48,370 nucleotides of DNA from Gammaproteobacteria bacterium. GTDB taxonomy: Bacteria > Pseudomonadota > Gammaproteobacteria > DRLM01. Both the position numbers and the translations under genes were made by a program. The notes beneath the pieces were generated by a model. The model did no database searches. It was not told where the DNA came from and saw only the letters and a program-made list of their open reading frames with translations. The stretch covers positions 1 to 48,370 of the forward strand of contig CAKKSB010000002.1 in the NCBI GenBank assembly GCA_919903055.1. Reading direction: 5' to 3'. Of this stretch, positions 20,883-30,622 are shown piece after piece. The first letter of the stretch is position 1, and the number at the start of each line of letters is the position of its first letter.

Positions 20883-22055
20883 TCAGCGAGGGGTTTTATC
20901 GTGACCCCCGAACCAGCGTTCCAGCCAGACATCCACCCCGCCCCAAAAGCGTTCCAATAAGCGCCGATACCAAGGCCGGTTTTTCCAGTGCGGCAATAGA
21001 TATTCCTTGCTCTCGGCGAAATCGCTGTTGAGCATGGCGTGCACGTCGGCGGCGAAATCCGCGTCGGCGATTTCCTGATTGGCTTCCAGATTCCAGCGCA
21101 TGGTCCAGCGGTCGATGTTGCTGGAACCGATACTCACCCAGTCATCACACAGCAAGACCTTGGAATGGGTGAAGCGCGGCTGGTATTCAAAGATACGCAC
21201 GCCGTGGTGTAGCAGCCGGTAATAAAATCGCCGGCCGGCGTGGCGTACCGCCGGGTGATCGCTGTGCGGTCCCGGTAGCAGCAGGCGTACCTCGACGCCG
21301 CGCCGCGCCGCGCGGATCAAGGCCCGCCGCAATTTGCTGGAAGGTACGAAGTAGGCGGTGGCGATCCACACCCGTTGCACCGCGCGGCGGATCCGGTTGA
21401 GCGCGCTGCGTTGAATTTCCGGGTAAGCGATGCCTCGCGTGTAACAGACCCGGCCCAGGCGAGCGCCCGCGACGGCGGACGGCGCAGTCGGCGGTGGATT
21501 TACAGCGCTGCGCGCGTAGCGCCGCCAGGTATGCGTGAACAAGTGGTGCCAGTCCGCCACCACCGGGCCGGCGATGGCGACGACGGTCTCCCGCCAGGGC
21601 GGTTGAGCCGGGCGGACCGGCGCGAATTCATCGGTGAGACCCATGCCGCCGACGAAGGCACGCCCGCCGTCGATCACCAGCAGCTTGCGATGGTCGCGAA
21701 AAAAATTGCGGCGCAGCCGTCCGTAGTGGAGGCGGTTGAAATAGGCGACCTCGACCCGGCCGGCGCTGAGCCGCTCGCGATCGGACCGTGTTAAACCTCG
21801 CGTGCCGAAGTCATCCAACAGCAGATAGACCGCCACGCCGCGCGCGGCGGCGTCGCAGAACGCCGTGATGAATTGGTCGGCGACTTGGCCGGATTCGACC
21901 AGATACATTTCCAGCAACACGAAGGAGCGGGCCGCGGCGACGGCGTCCAACATGGCGGGGAAAAACGCGCCGCCGTCGATGAGCAACTCGAAGCGATTGC
22001 CGTCACGCCAAGGAAAGGTAGGGGTGTCGCTGCTCGCGCTCGGCGTGGGGGGCAT
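20883..22055 (-). CDS. Phospholipase D family protein (ClsB-like cardiolipin synthase)
   Basis: Two HKD motifs: HRKLLVIDGGRAFVGGMG and HSKVLLCDDWVSIGSSNID. 390 aa. Confidence 0.88.
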   Translation of the reverse strand: MPPTPSASSDTPTFPWRDGNRFELLIDGGAFFPAMLDAVAAARSFVLLEMYLVESGQVADQFITAFCDAAARGVAVYLLLDDFGTRGLTRSDRERLSAGRVEVAYFNRLHYGRLRRNFFRDHRKLLVIDGGRAFVGGMGLTDEFAPVRPAQPPWRETVVAIAGPVVADWHHLFTHTWRRYARSAVNPPPTAPSAVAGARLGRVCYTRGIAYPEIQRSALNRIRRAVQRVWIATAYFVPSSKLRRALIRAARRGVEVRLLLPGPHSDHPAVRHAGRRFYYRLLHHGVRIFEYQPRFTHSKVLLCDDWVSIGSSNIDRWTMRWNLEANQEIADADFAADVHAMLNSDFAESKEYLLPHWKNRPWYRRLLERFWGGVDVWLERWFGGHDKTPR

Positions 22056-22238
22056 GCGCTGATCGCTCGTGACAAGCGGAGGATGGAAGCGACTATAACG
22101 GATTTATCGGTGGATGAGGAGGCGGCATGCCGTGGTTCAACCGCGTCGCGGAATACCCGCCGAGATCGATTCCCGTGTCGCGCTGGTTGGCGGTAACGCT
22201 ACGAAGCGGCGGGAAGGCCGAAGCGCGCGATTTTCGCT

Positions 22239-22874
22239 TTGGTCCGCCCCCCGCGGCGCGGTATGATGGCCGCGCGTAATTCAGCCCGTGAAAATAACTG
22301 TCCGGTGAATTTGGTCGTCGCGCGATACATCCATGCCCGTGCCGCAGTGGGGAGACTTGTGCCGTCATCCATAAAAACGTTTTGGGCGATTTGCATTCTG
22401 CAAGCGGCGCCGCAGGATTTGCCCACCTCGCGTTCATTGCTGGCTTTCAGCCTGGCCGTTTATTTCGCCGTCAGCTTGTTGTCGGGATGGCTGCAAATCT
22501 CGGCGCCGCTGGCTTTGCCGGCGGCCTTGGCGGATACCGTGTTGCTGGTGGTGCTGACCCGGGTGATGCTGTGGGTGCGCTCCTTCGACGCGCGCTTCGT
22601 GCAGACGCTCACCGCCCTGGCGGGCAGCGGTGCGGTGCTGGGCTTGATCGCTACCCCGATCTTGTATTGGCAGCATTACGCCGGCGGTGCGGAAGGTGAA
22701 TTCACTCTAGCTTCACTGTTGCTGCTGTTGTGGTTGGCCTGGAGCGTGGTGGTGATGGGACATGTGCTGCGGCATGCGCTGTCGACCATGCTGGTGATCG
22801 GTCTCACCCTCGCGGTGATCTATATGCACTTCGCGTTTCGCTTGTTGCATTTTTTATTTTTGGCGAGCAGCTGA
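22239..22874 (+). CDS. Hypothetical polytopic inner-membrane protein, with the start probably downstream at GTG 22359
   Basis: The C-terminal ~170 aa form 4-5 hydrophobic helices (LLAFSLAVYFAVSLL, VLLVVLTRVMLWV, AVLGLIATPILYW, LLLLLWLAWSVVVMG, LVIGLTLAVIYMHF). The first 40 codons are Arg-rich and unlike a real N-terminus. GTG 22359 follows ggggag. The stop lies 1 nt before the mpl ATG. Confidence 0.65.
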   Translation: MVRPPRRGMMAARNSARENNCPVNLVVARYIHARAAVGRLVPSSIKTFWAICILQAAPQDLPTSRSLLAFSLAVYFAVSLLSGWLQISAPLALPAALADTVLLVVLTRVMLWVRSFDARFVQTLTALAGSGAVLGLIATPILYWQHYAGGAEGEFTLASLLLLLWLAWSVVVMGHVLRHALSTMLVIGLTLAVIYMHFAFRLLHFLFLASS

Positions 22875-22875
22875 C

Positions 22876-24240
22876 ATGCATATTCACATCCTCGGCATCT
22901 GCGGCACCTTCATGGGCGGCATCGCGCTGCTGGCGCGGGAGATGGGCCTGCGGGTCACCGGCTCGGACGCCAACGTCTATCCGCCCATGAGCACGCAATT
23001 GGAAGCGCACGGCATCGGCTTGATGCAGGGTTTCGAAGCCGCTCACCTCGAACCGGCGCCGGACCTGGTGGTGATCGGCAACGCTTTGTCGCGCGGCAAC
23101 GCCGCCGTGGAATATGTATTGAACCGCGGTATTCCGTATACCTCGGGCCCGGCCTTTCTCGCCGACGTGGTGTTGAAGGATCGCTGGGTGCTGGCGGTGG
23201 CGGGCACCCACGGCAAGACCACCACCAGCGGCATGCTGGCGTGGATATTGGAATACGCCGGCTTGCGGCCGGGTTTTCTCATCGGTGGCGTGCCGAATAA
23301 TTTCGGTGTGTCGGCCCGCCTGGGCGACGCGCCGTTTTTCGTGGTGGAGGCCGACGAATACGACACGGCCTTTTTCGACAAGCGTTCCAAGTTCGTCCAC
23401 TACCGGCCGCGCACGGTGATTTTGAACAATCTCGAATTCGACCACGCCGACATCTTTCCCGACCTCGCCGCCATCCAGCGGCAGTTTCATCACCTGGTGC
23501 GCACCGTGCCCGGCGGCGGGCTGATCGTCGCGCCGCGCCACGACGACAACTTGAAAGAAATGCTGGCGCAAGGCTGCTGGACGGCGGTGGAATATTTCGC
23601 GGTCGGCGACGACTCGGAGTGGAGCGTGCACGATAAAATGCCCGACGGGGGCCGCTTCGCCGTGCATTGGCAAGGTCAGCGCAAAGGCGTAGTGGAGTGG
23701 GAGTTGATGGGCGACCACAACGTTCACAACGCGCTCGCCGCCATCGCCGCCGCCCGCCACGCCGGGGTGACGCCGGAGCACGCCATCGCCGCGCTCGCGG
23801 AATTCCGCAACGTCAAACGGCGCATGGAGCAGCGCGCGCAGGTGAACGGCATCACCGTCTACGACGACTTCGCCCATCACCCCACCGCCATCGCCACCAC
23901 CCTCGCCGGCCTGCGGCGGCGGGTGGGCGGGGCGCGTATCATCGCGGTGCTGGAGCCGCGCTCCAACACCATGCGGCTCGGCGTGCACCGCGAGGAATTG
24001 GCGCCCAGTCTCGCCGGTGCCGACGCGGTGTTCCTCTATCAACCCGCGGACTTGCGCTGGGACGTGCGCGAAGTGGCGCGCGCGGTCGGATCGCGTGCCC
24101 AAGTCTGCGGCGACATTCCCGCTTTGGTGCGGGAAATTGCCGCGCTTGCACGACCCGGCGATCACGTGTTAATCATGAGCAACGGCGCCTTCGGGGGCCT
24201 GCACGACAAACTGGCGGAGGCACTCAAACATGAGCCGTGA
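22876..24240 (+). CDS. mpl: UDP-N-acetylmuramate:L-alanyl-gamma-D-glutamyl-meso-diaminopimelate ligase
   Basis: [24 protein letters not shown]...; Mur-ligase P-loop [12 protein letters not shown]. 454 aa. Confidence 0.94.
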   Translation: MHIHILGICGTFMGGIALLAREMGLRVTGSDANVYPPMSTQLEAHGIGLMQGFEAAHLEPAPDLVVIGNALSRGNAAVEYVLNRGIPYTSGPAFLADVVLKDRWVLAVAGTHGKTTTSGMLAWILEYAGLRPGFLIGGVPNNFGVSARLGDAPFFVVEADEYDTAFFDKRSKFVHYRPRTVILNNLEFDHADIFPDLAAIQRQFHHLVRTVPGGGLIVAPRHDDNLKEMLAQGCWTAVEYFAVGDDSEWSVHDKMPDGGRFAVHWQGQRKGVVEWELMGDHNVHNALAAIAAARHAGVTPEHAIAALAEFRNVKRRMEQRAQVNGITVYDDFAHHPTAIATTLAGLRRRVGGARIIAVLEPRSNTMRLGVHREELAPSLAGADAVFLYQPADLRWDVREVARAVGSRAQVCGDIPALVREIAALARPGDHVLIMSNGAFGGLHDKLAEALKHEP

Positions 24241-24832
24241 CGCCATCGCATTGGCCATGACCGGCGCGTCGGGCGCGATTTATGGCCTGCGTCTGCTGGA
24301 ATGCCTGCTGCGCGCCGAGCAAAAAGTCTATCTCATGCTCTCCATGCCGGCGCAGGTGGTGATCGGCATGGAGACCGAGCTCAAACTTCCCGGCCGTCCG
24401 GCCGAAATACAAGAGGCGCTGGCCGCGCGTTATCAGGCCAAGCCCGATCAGCTGAGCGTGTTCGGCCGCGAGCAATGGACCGCGCCGGTGGCCAGCGGCT
24501 CCAGCGCCCCGCGCGCCATGGTGATTTGTCCCTGCACCAGCGGCACGCTTTCCGCCATCGCCCAGGGCAGCAGTGATGATTTATTGGAGCGCGCCGCCGA
24601 TGTGGTCATCAAAGAACAGCGTCAACTCATCGTGGTCCCGCGCGAGATGCCGCTGTCGGTCATCCATCTGGAAAACATGCTCAAGCTGGCGCGTCTGGGC
24701 GTCACCATCATGCCGGCCTGTCCCGGTTTTTATCACGAACCGCGCCGCATCGAGGACCTGGTGGATTTCGTGGTCGCGCGTATTCTGGATCATCTCAAGA
24801 TCGAACAAACTCTGGTACCGCCCTGGGGGTGA
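24230..24832 (+). CDS. ubiX: Flavin prenyltransferase UbiX
   Basis: [22 protein letters not shown] and the remainder of the flavoprotein fold. It overlaps the mpl stop by 11 nt. Confidence 0.93.
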   Translation: MSRDAIALAMTGASGAIYGLRLLECLLRAEQKVYLMLSMPAQVVIGMETELKLPGRPAEIQEALAARYQAKPDQLSVFGREQWTAPVASGSSAPRAMVICPCTSGTLSAIAQGSSDDLLERAADVVIKEQRQLIVVPREMPLSVIHLENMLKLARLGVTIMPACPGFYHEPRRIEDLVDFVVARILDHLKIEQTLVPPWG

Positions 24833-24835
24833 GCC

Positions 24836-25429
24836 ATGCTGAACCGTTTGCACATCCCGCTCTTTCCGCTCAACAGCGTGTTGTTTCCCGGCGGCATCCT
24901 GCCGTTGCGGGTCTTCGAACCCCGTTACATGGACATGGTCAGCGCCTGCATGCGCGAGCAGTCGGGTTTCGGCGTGTGCCTGATCCTCAGCGGTAAGGAA
25001 GTGGGCGAGGCCGCCACCACCTATGACGTGGGCAGCCTGGCCCGCATCATCGACTGGGATCAGCGCGAAGACGGCATGCTCGGCATCACCGCCCAAGGCC
25101 AGCAACGTTTTCGCATCCTCTCCTCCCACGTGCGCCCCGGCCAACTGCTGTGCGCCGAAGTCGAGCTGCTGGAGGAACCAGCCGCCGCGGCCATCCCCGC
25201 GCGCTTCGCCCACGCCGTGCCCTTGCTGCGCGATCTCATCGACCGCCTCGGCGGCCTCCATGCCGAACAACCCACTTCTTACGACGACGTCTGCTGGGTG
25301 AGCGGCCGCCTCGCCGAATTGTTGCCCATCGGCCTGCCGCAACGGCAATATCTGCTGCAATTGGACGACCCCATCGAACGCCTGGAGCGTTTGTGCGATA
25401 TGTGGGATTGTATGCAGGGCGAGGAATAG
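24836..25429 (+). CDS. LON substrate-binding (LON_N) domain-only protein
   Basis: IPLFPLNSVLFPGGILPLRVFEPRYMDMV is typical of the La protease N-terminal domain. 197 aa, with no ATPase or protease part. Confidence 0.88.
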   Translation: MLNRLHIPLFPLNSVLFPGGILPLRVFEPRYMDMVSACMREQSGFGVCLILSGKEVGEAATTYDVGSLARIIDWDQREDGMLGITAQGQQRFRILSSHVRPGQLLCAEVELLEEPAAAAIPARFAHAVPLLRDLIDRLGGLHAEQPTSYDDVCWVSGRLAELLPIGLPQRQYLLQLDDPIERLERLCDMWDCMQGEE

Positions 25430-25477
25430 CCGCGGCGAAACACCCGTTTGCCTTGATCTCAGCTAAGCATCACGTCC

Positions 25478-26107
25478 GTGCACGACGAGATTGTAAGGTT
25501 TAACCGGCAACCCGGAGAGTCTATGGAAGCCAGCGCTGTTCAACACATTCCGGCGATCATCGAACAGGCGGCGAAAAGTCCCTTGGGCTTGTTCGCCTTG
25601 ATGGTGATCGCCCTGTCGGGCTTGGGTTTCGTATTCTTCCGCCGCTCGTCCGAGCGGACCCGCATTGCGATGTTCGTGATGTTGTTCGTCGGTGTCGCGT
25701 CGTTCGGCGTGGCGGCCATGCGCATCACGCCCGGTGCAGCGGCCGCGGCGCCGCCGCCCGTCGTCGCGGTAGCGGACATCGGCGGCGAGTGGCGGGCGGA
25801 AGTCAAATACGACTGGGGCGATACCCATAACGAAGACTTCGCGTTTAACTACGACGGCACCGAGGTATTGGGCACCGCGTCTTATCTAGGCAAAAAACGC
25901 GCGCTGTTCGAGGGCCAGCTCAAAGGAGACCGGATCAGCTTCATCACCAAGAGCCAGCAAAGCATCAGCAGCGACAACTCCATCCGCGACGTCGTGCACC
26001 ACTACACCGGCAAGGTCGCGGGCGATCGTATTCAATTCACCTTGCGCAGCGAGGGCGGCTTCACCGAGCATGTGCCGGTTGAATTCAGCGCGGTGCGCGC
26101 GCGATAA
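25478..26107 (+). CDS. Hypothetical membrane-anchored protein, with the likely start at ATG 25523
   Basis: Two TM helices (LGLFALMVIALSGLGFVFF; IAMFVMLFVGVASFGVAAM), then an Ala/Pro linker and a beta-rich ~110-aa domain. ATG 25523 is preceded by ggagag. No family recognised. Confidence 0.6.
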   Translation: MHDEIVRFNRQPGESMEASAVQHIPAIIEQAAKSPLGLFALMVIALSGLGFVFFRRSSERTRIAMFVMLFVGVASFGVAAMRITPGAAAAAPPPVVAVADIGGEWRAEVKYDWGDTHNEDFAFNYDGTEVLGTASYLGKKRALFEGQLKGDRISFITKSQQSISSDNSIRDVVHHYTGKVAGDRIQFTLRSEGGFTEHVPVEFSAVRAR

Positions 26108-26576
26108 GCGCGTAGAAGAGACCAAAGGTGCGATTAAGCGTCGAGCGGCCTTTTCCACGGTGCGCGCACATGATAAGCGCATAGCAGGTCGTGAGTTACC
26201 CGCAAGCCGAACTTCACCTCGTTCGATATTGAAAAAACCTGTCGGAACATTCCCCTCTCCCGCGGACGGGGAGAGCGCAGCGAGGGGGGCGTAGCCGGCA
26301 GGGGTGAGGGTGCTCGGATGACCACCGTCGCTTCGCAAGAACTCTTTCTCATCTATTCCTTTCCACAGCTCGACCGACTCTCACTCGCGGATGAGGACGA
26401 ATTACGCCAGCTGGTAATCCCTATGCCAATTTTGAGATAAGTGCTAGTTTTGCCGGAAGGCTATTTTCATGAGCGGCCAGCGCCGCTATGCTGAGGTGAG
26501 CAACCGCGCGGACCACGTTACTCTCCGCCGCGGTCGCTGCGCTTTTTATTTCTTTAAGGATGAATCGCCGCCTTTC

Positions 26577-28318
26577 ATGATGCGCCGTCTGCAAGAAATC
26601 CGGATTCCCGCGCCGCAATTCGCCGTGGCCTTGCGCGAAAGTTTGACGCAGGGTTACGGGCGCGACGATTTACGCGCCGACGCGCTGGCGGGACTTACGG
26701 TAGGCATCGTCGCGATCCCGCTGGCCATGGCGCTGGCCATCGCCAGCGGCGTGCCGCCGCAATATGGTTTGTACACCTGCATCGTCGCCGGGCTGGTCAT
26801 CGCGCTCAGCGGCGGTTCGCGGGTGAATGTGTCCGGGCCCACCGCCGCTTTCGTGGTGATACTGTTGCCGATCACTCACGCCTACGGGGTGGGCGGTTTG
26901 GTGGTGGCCTCGTTGATGGCGGGTTTCATCCTGCTCGCCATGGGCTGGTTGCGGCTCGGCGGTTTGGTGCAATTCATTCCCCATCGGTGACCACCGGTTT
27001 TACCGCGGGCATCGCGGTGGTCATCGCCAGTTTGCAGATCAAGGATCTTCTGGGTCTCGAGACCGAAGCGGCGGGCGCGCATTTTTTCGACCGGCTACAA
27101 GCCATCGTCGCCGCTCTGCCGAGTTTTCATGTAGTGGATGCCGGCGTGGGCGCGCTCACCCTCGCGCTCATGCTGTGGTGGCCGCGTTTGAAGCTGCGGG
27201 TGCCCGCGCACCTGCCGGCGTTGTTGGCCGGTGCGCTGTTCGCCGTCCTGCTCGGCTGGTTATTACCCGAACATCAGGCCGCCACCATCGGCTCGCGTTT
27301 TTCCTACAGCATCGACGGCATTTTGCATCACGGCATCCCCGCGCTGCCGCCGCTGCCGGTATGGCCCTGGGAATTGCCCGGCGCCGACGGCCACGCGGTG
27401 GGCTTGTCGTTCGCCATGATTCACGCCTTGCTCGGTCCGGCCCTGGCCATCGCCATGCTGGGGGCCATCGAGTCCTTGCTGTGCGCGGTGGTGGCCGACG
27501 GTTTGGCGGGTATCAAACACAATCCCAACGCCGAACTCGTCGGCCAGGGTTTGGGCAACATCATCGCGCCTTTCTTCGGCGGCTTCGCCGCCACCGCCGC
27601 CATCGCCCGCACCGCCACCAACGTCCGCGCCGGCGCGCGCAGCCCCATCGCCGCCGCCGTGCACGCGTTGGTGGTCTTGCTCGCGGTAATCGGCTTCGCG
27701 GGCTTGCTGGCCTACGTGCCCATGGCTTCGCTCGCGGCGCTGCTGCTCATCGTCGCCTGGAATATGAGCGAGGTGAAACACGTCATCAACACTTTGAAGA
27801 TCGCCCCGGCCAGCGACGTGGCGGTGCTGCTGGTGTGTTTTTTCCTCACCGTGGTGTTCGACATGGTAGTGGCGGTGGGTGTGGGCGTGGTGCTGGCGGC
27901 CCTGCTGTTCATGCGCCGCATGGCGGAACTCACCGGTACGGAATTGGTGACGCCGCGCGAGCATCCCCACCTCGCCGACCTGCCGCCGCAAGTAGCGGTG
28001 TACGACATCAACGGCCCGTTATTTTTCGGCGCGGCGGAAAAGGCGCTGGACAACCTGCGAGAAGTCAGCCCCGAGGTGCGGGTAGTGATCATCGACATGA
28101 CCGACGTGAGCATGATGGACATGACCGCGCTGGTGGCCTTCGATACGCTGGTGAAAAATATGCGCAAGAAAAAAGTGGCGCTGGTGATCTGCGGCCTGCT
28201 CCCGCGGCTCGCCACCAAGCTGGCCAACGCGGGCATCGCGCCGGAGGAGGACGTGTTGCATGTTTGCGATAGCCTTACTCAAGCGCGCGTGATGGCGTTG
28301 GATTTGGCGAAAGGATAG
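26577..28318 (+). pseudogene. SulP-family anion permease with a C-terminal STAS domain, interrupted by a 1-nt frameshift near 26985
   Basis: Fragment 1 (frame of ORF 26469..26990, probable start MMRRLQ at 26577) ends ...[11 protein letters not shown]. Fragment 2 (26987..28318) starts [17 protein letters not shown]. SulP homologues read [16 protein letters not shown] across this point. The sequence catcggtgacc would need catcCggtgacc to do so. STAS end: VVIIDMTDVSMMDMTALVAFDTL. Confidence 0.8.
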
Positions 28319-28583
28319 GCGACAAAGATGTCGGCTGCATTCATTTGGCGGGGAGCTTGCCCTTTGCGTTTAGGCAGTTTGCGTCGATGACAAGGCGAAG
28401 AAGATACATGGTATTTCTATGGCGTTTTAACTTACAGTAGACTCAGTATTGGGGCGTTACAACACACCATTTAAAGATCTTTTCTTGTTCAAAACACCTA
28501 AAACAGATTCCGCGAGTCCGGCTAGCTAAATGATTTGAAGCTTGCGAGCAAAACTGCCGTCCACCTCACAGTACCGAGATCAC

Positions 28584-30587
28584 TCAAAGTTTTTCGGCAG
28601 GAGATGGGGCACGAATCAACAACAACGCCCCATTCCAATTGGTATCCAGTTCATCACTGCGTTGCGCGAAGCGCCACGACAAATCGCCGAGACTGGTTTC
28701 GAGCAGGTTCAGCGGCGTGTTGAATTCATCGCCGGTGAGCGGCATGGTGAATAAGGGCAGCGGGCTCGCGGCGCGCAGGGTGGTGACCGTGCCGACCCAT
28801 AATGGATTGTGCGGTTGTTGCAGGACGAAGTCCGACCGCCAGAGGCGCAGGACTACCCATTGTCCGTTGCCGGTGCCACGCACCAGGCGGAGGCTGTCGT
28901 GACGGCCGTCGTGTACTTGGGGCAGCAGCGGCAACTCCGCCAGCGAAGGCGAAGGCAGCAACCAGTGCAGCAGGGCGGTCGAACTCAGCGCCGGCGGATG
29001 CCGCCAGCCTTGGCTTACCAGTTGGGCGGCGAGCGTTTCCAAAGGGCCGGCCCATTGCACCGACAGCGGTTGTTTGGAATGACCTTCGAGATCGAGACGG
29101 TACGCAGGCAGAGTGCGCCAGTCGTTTTCCCACCAGGCCTGAGTGTCGAGAGTTTGCAGAGTATGCGGCGGCGTGTGGTGGATGAGATCCTGTTGATAAT
29201 GGCTACTCATATAAGCGCTGGCGGAGATCAGCAGCGCGGCGAGGGTCAGCAGGGTCAGATGGCGCGGTACTACCGGCACGGCGGTGTGGCGCCGGTAAGC
29301 GGCACCCAATACCACCACCCATAACAAGGCGAGCAGCCAGCCGATGAGGGCATTCGAAACCCAGGTGATGCCGAGGTAGAGCTGAGCGAGAATCAGCGAC
29401 ACCACGAACAGGCCGGTGGCGCCATACGGCAGCCAGCGCCATTTGCCGCGCATGCCGTGAGCGACCATCACCGCCAGCAAACCATAGAGCACGGTATTGA
29501 TGACGATGCCGCCGCCGGTGCCGGTCGGCGCGTCGCCCGGCGGGACGGCCATGCTCCAGCCCAGCGACAGGGTGAGAATTAAAGCGAACGCGGTGGCGCC
29601 GGCGACGTGCAGCAAGGCGATCCAGCGGTGGCGCCATGCCAGCCAAATCATCACCGCCGCGATGACCGGCAAGGTGACCGGGCTGTGGCTGAGTTCGGCG
29701 AGAAACACCATGATCCGGTCGGCCCACGGCACGCGCAGGCCCTGCATGAAATTGAAGACCGTGATGTCGGCGGTCATCAAATAACTATCGAACAACTCGC
29801 GGCCGACGGTGATCAAAGCCAGCGCCAGCGATACCAGCAGGCCGGCCAATACCGCCAGGCCGCGCCATTCAGGTTGTTCGGGATCGAGTACCGACGATAC
29901 CAGCTTGCCCGCGTAGCGATGCTCGTCGCCCCAGGCCAGCAGCCGGTCCATGATGGCGCTGGCGCGCGGCGCCAGCAGCCGGTAAATGCGATAGATCAGC
30001 CAGACGGTCAGCCACAGACTCAATAACACCGTGAGCAACAGCATCGCCAAGCGCGAGGCAACTTCCGACGCCACGTTGAGCGATGCGCCGAACACCACGC
30101 CGGGCAGGGTGTAGGCCGGCGCCCAAGCCAGCGCCGAGATGACGTTCACCAGCAGAAAGCGCGCCGGCGGCATGCCCAGCATGCCCGCCACCACCGGGAT
30201 CACCGGCCGCACCGGCCCGACGAAGCGGCCGAAGATGACGCTTTTGCCGCCGTGGCGCTCAAAAAAAACTTCACCGCGCGCCATCAACGCGGGATAGCGG
30301 CGGAACGGCCAGTGCTCGCGCAGCGCGTCTTTGTAGTGATAACCCAGCCAATAACTGAGGCCGTCGCCGACGATGGCCCCGGCCACGGCCCAGGCGAGAG
30401 TGGCCCACAGGTCGAGCGCGCCCGCCGCGATCAAGGCGCCGATGCCGAACATCACCGCCACGCCGGGCACGAACAGACCTACGATGGCCAGCGATTCGCT
30501 GAGGGAGATGACGAACACCGCCAGCCCGGCCCAGGTGGGGTTGGCGCTGATCCAGTCGATCATGGGTTTGAGTGTCGCGAGGTCCAT
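28584..30587 (-). CDS. DedA-family domain fused to a degenerate PAP2-like membrane domain and an LssY_C-like periplasmic domain
   Basis: The N-terminal ~170 aa are DedA/SNARE-associated (SESLAIVGLFVPG...GRFVGPVRPVIPVVAGM). The middle TM region aligns to PAP2 motif C3, but as AQLYLGITWVSNALIGW. The C-terminal ~200 aa (WWENDWRTLPAYRLDLEG...WVVLRLW...PLWVGTV) look LssY_C-like. Confidence 0.82.
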   Translation of the reverse strand: MDLATLKPMIDWISANPTWAGLAVFVISLSESLAIVGLFVPGVAVMFGIGALIAAGALDLWATLAWAVAGAIVGDGLSYWLGYHYKDALREHWPFRRYPALMARGEVFFERHGGKSVIFGRFVGPVRPVIPVVAGMLGMPPARFLLVNVISALAWAPAYTLPGVVFGASLNVASEVASRLAMLLLTVLLSLWLTVWLIYRIYRLLAPRASAIMDRLLAWGDEHRYAGKLVSSVLDPEQPEWRGLAVLAGLLVSLALALITVGRELFDSYLMTADITVFNFMQGLRVPWADRIMVFLAELSHSPVTLPVIAAVMIWLAWRHRWIALLHVAGATAFALILTLSLGWSMAVPPGDAPTGTGGGIVINTVLYGLLAVMVAHGMRGKWRWLPYGATGLFVVSLILAQLYLGITWVSNALIGWLLALLWVVVLGAAYRRHTAVPVVPRHLTLLTLAALLISASAYMSSHYQQDLIHHTPPHTLQTLDTQAWWENDWRTLPAYRLDLEGHSKQPLSVQWAGPLETLAAQLVSQGWRHPPALSSTALLHWLLPSPSLAELPLLPQVHDGRHDSLRLVRGTGNGQWVVLRLWRSDFVLQQPHNPLWVGTVTTLRAASPLPLFTMPLTGDEFNTPLNLLETSLGDLSWRFAQRSDELDTNWNGALLLIRAPSPAEKL

Positions 30588-30622
30588 CTGCTTCCGATTA
30601 TAACGGCGTTAGGTTCGCGCGC

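Noticed and set aside
22804-24165. 453-aa ORF on the minus strand
   Set aside because: It is antisense to mpl, which has unambiguous Mur-ligase motifs. It is a shadow ORF.
26251-26440. REP-like hairpin cccctctcccgcggacggggagag followed by a 40-codon ORF (26318-26440, MTTVASQELFLIYSFPQLDRL...)
   Set aside because: The hairpin is imperfect and occurs once in the window. The mini-ORF has no SD and no recognisable family. It is most likely non-coding leader or spacer upstream of the SulP gene.
27175-28272. 365-aa ORF on the plus strand in an alternative frame
   Set aside because: It lies inside the SulP gene in another frame and is extremely Arg/Gly-rich. The SulP frame has clear TM and STAS homology.
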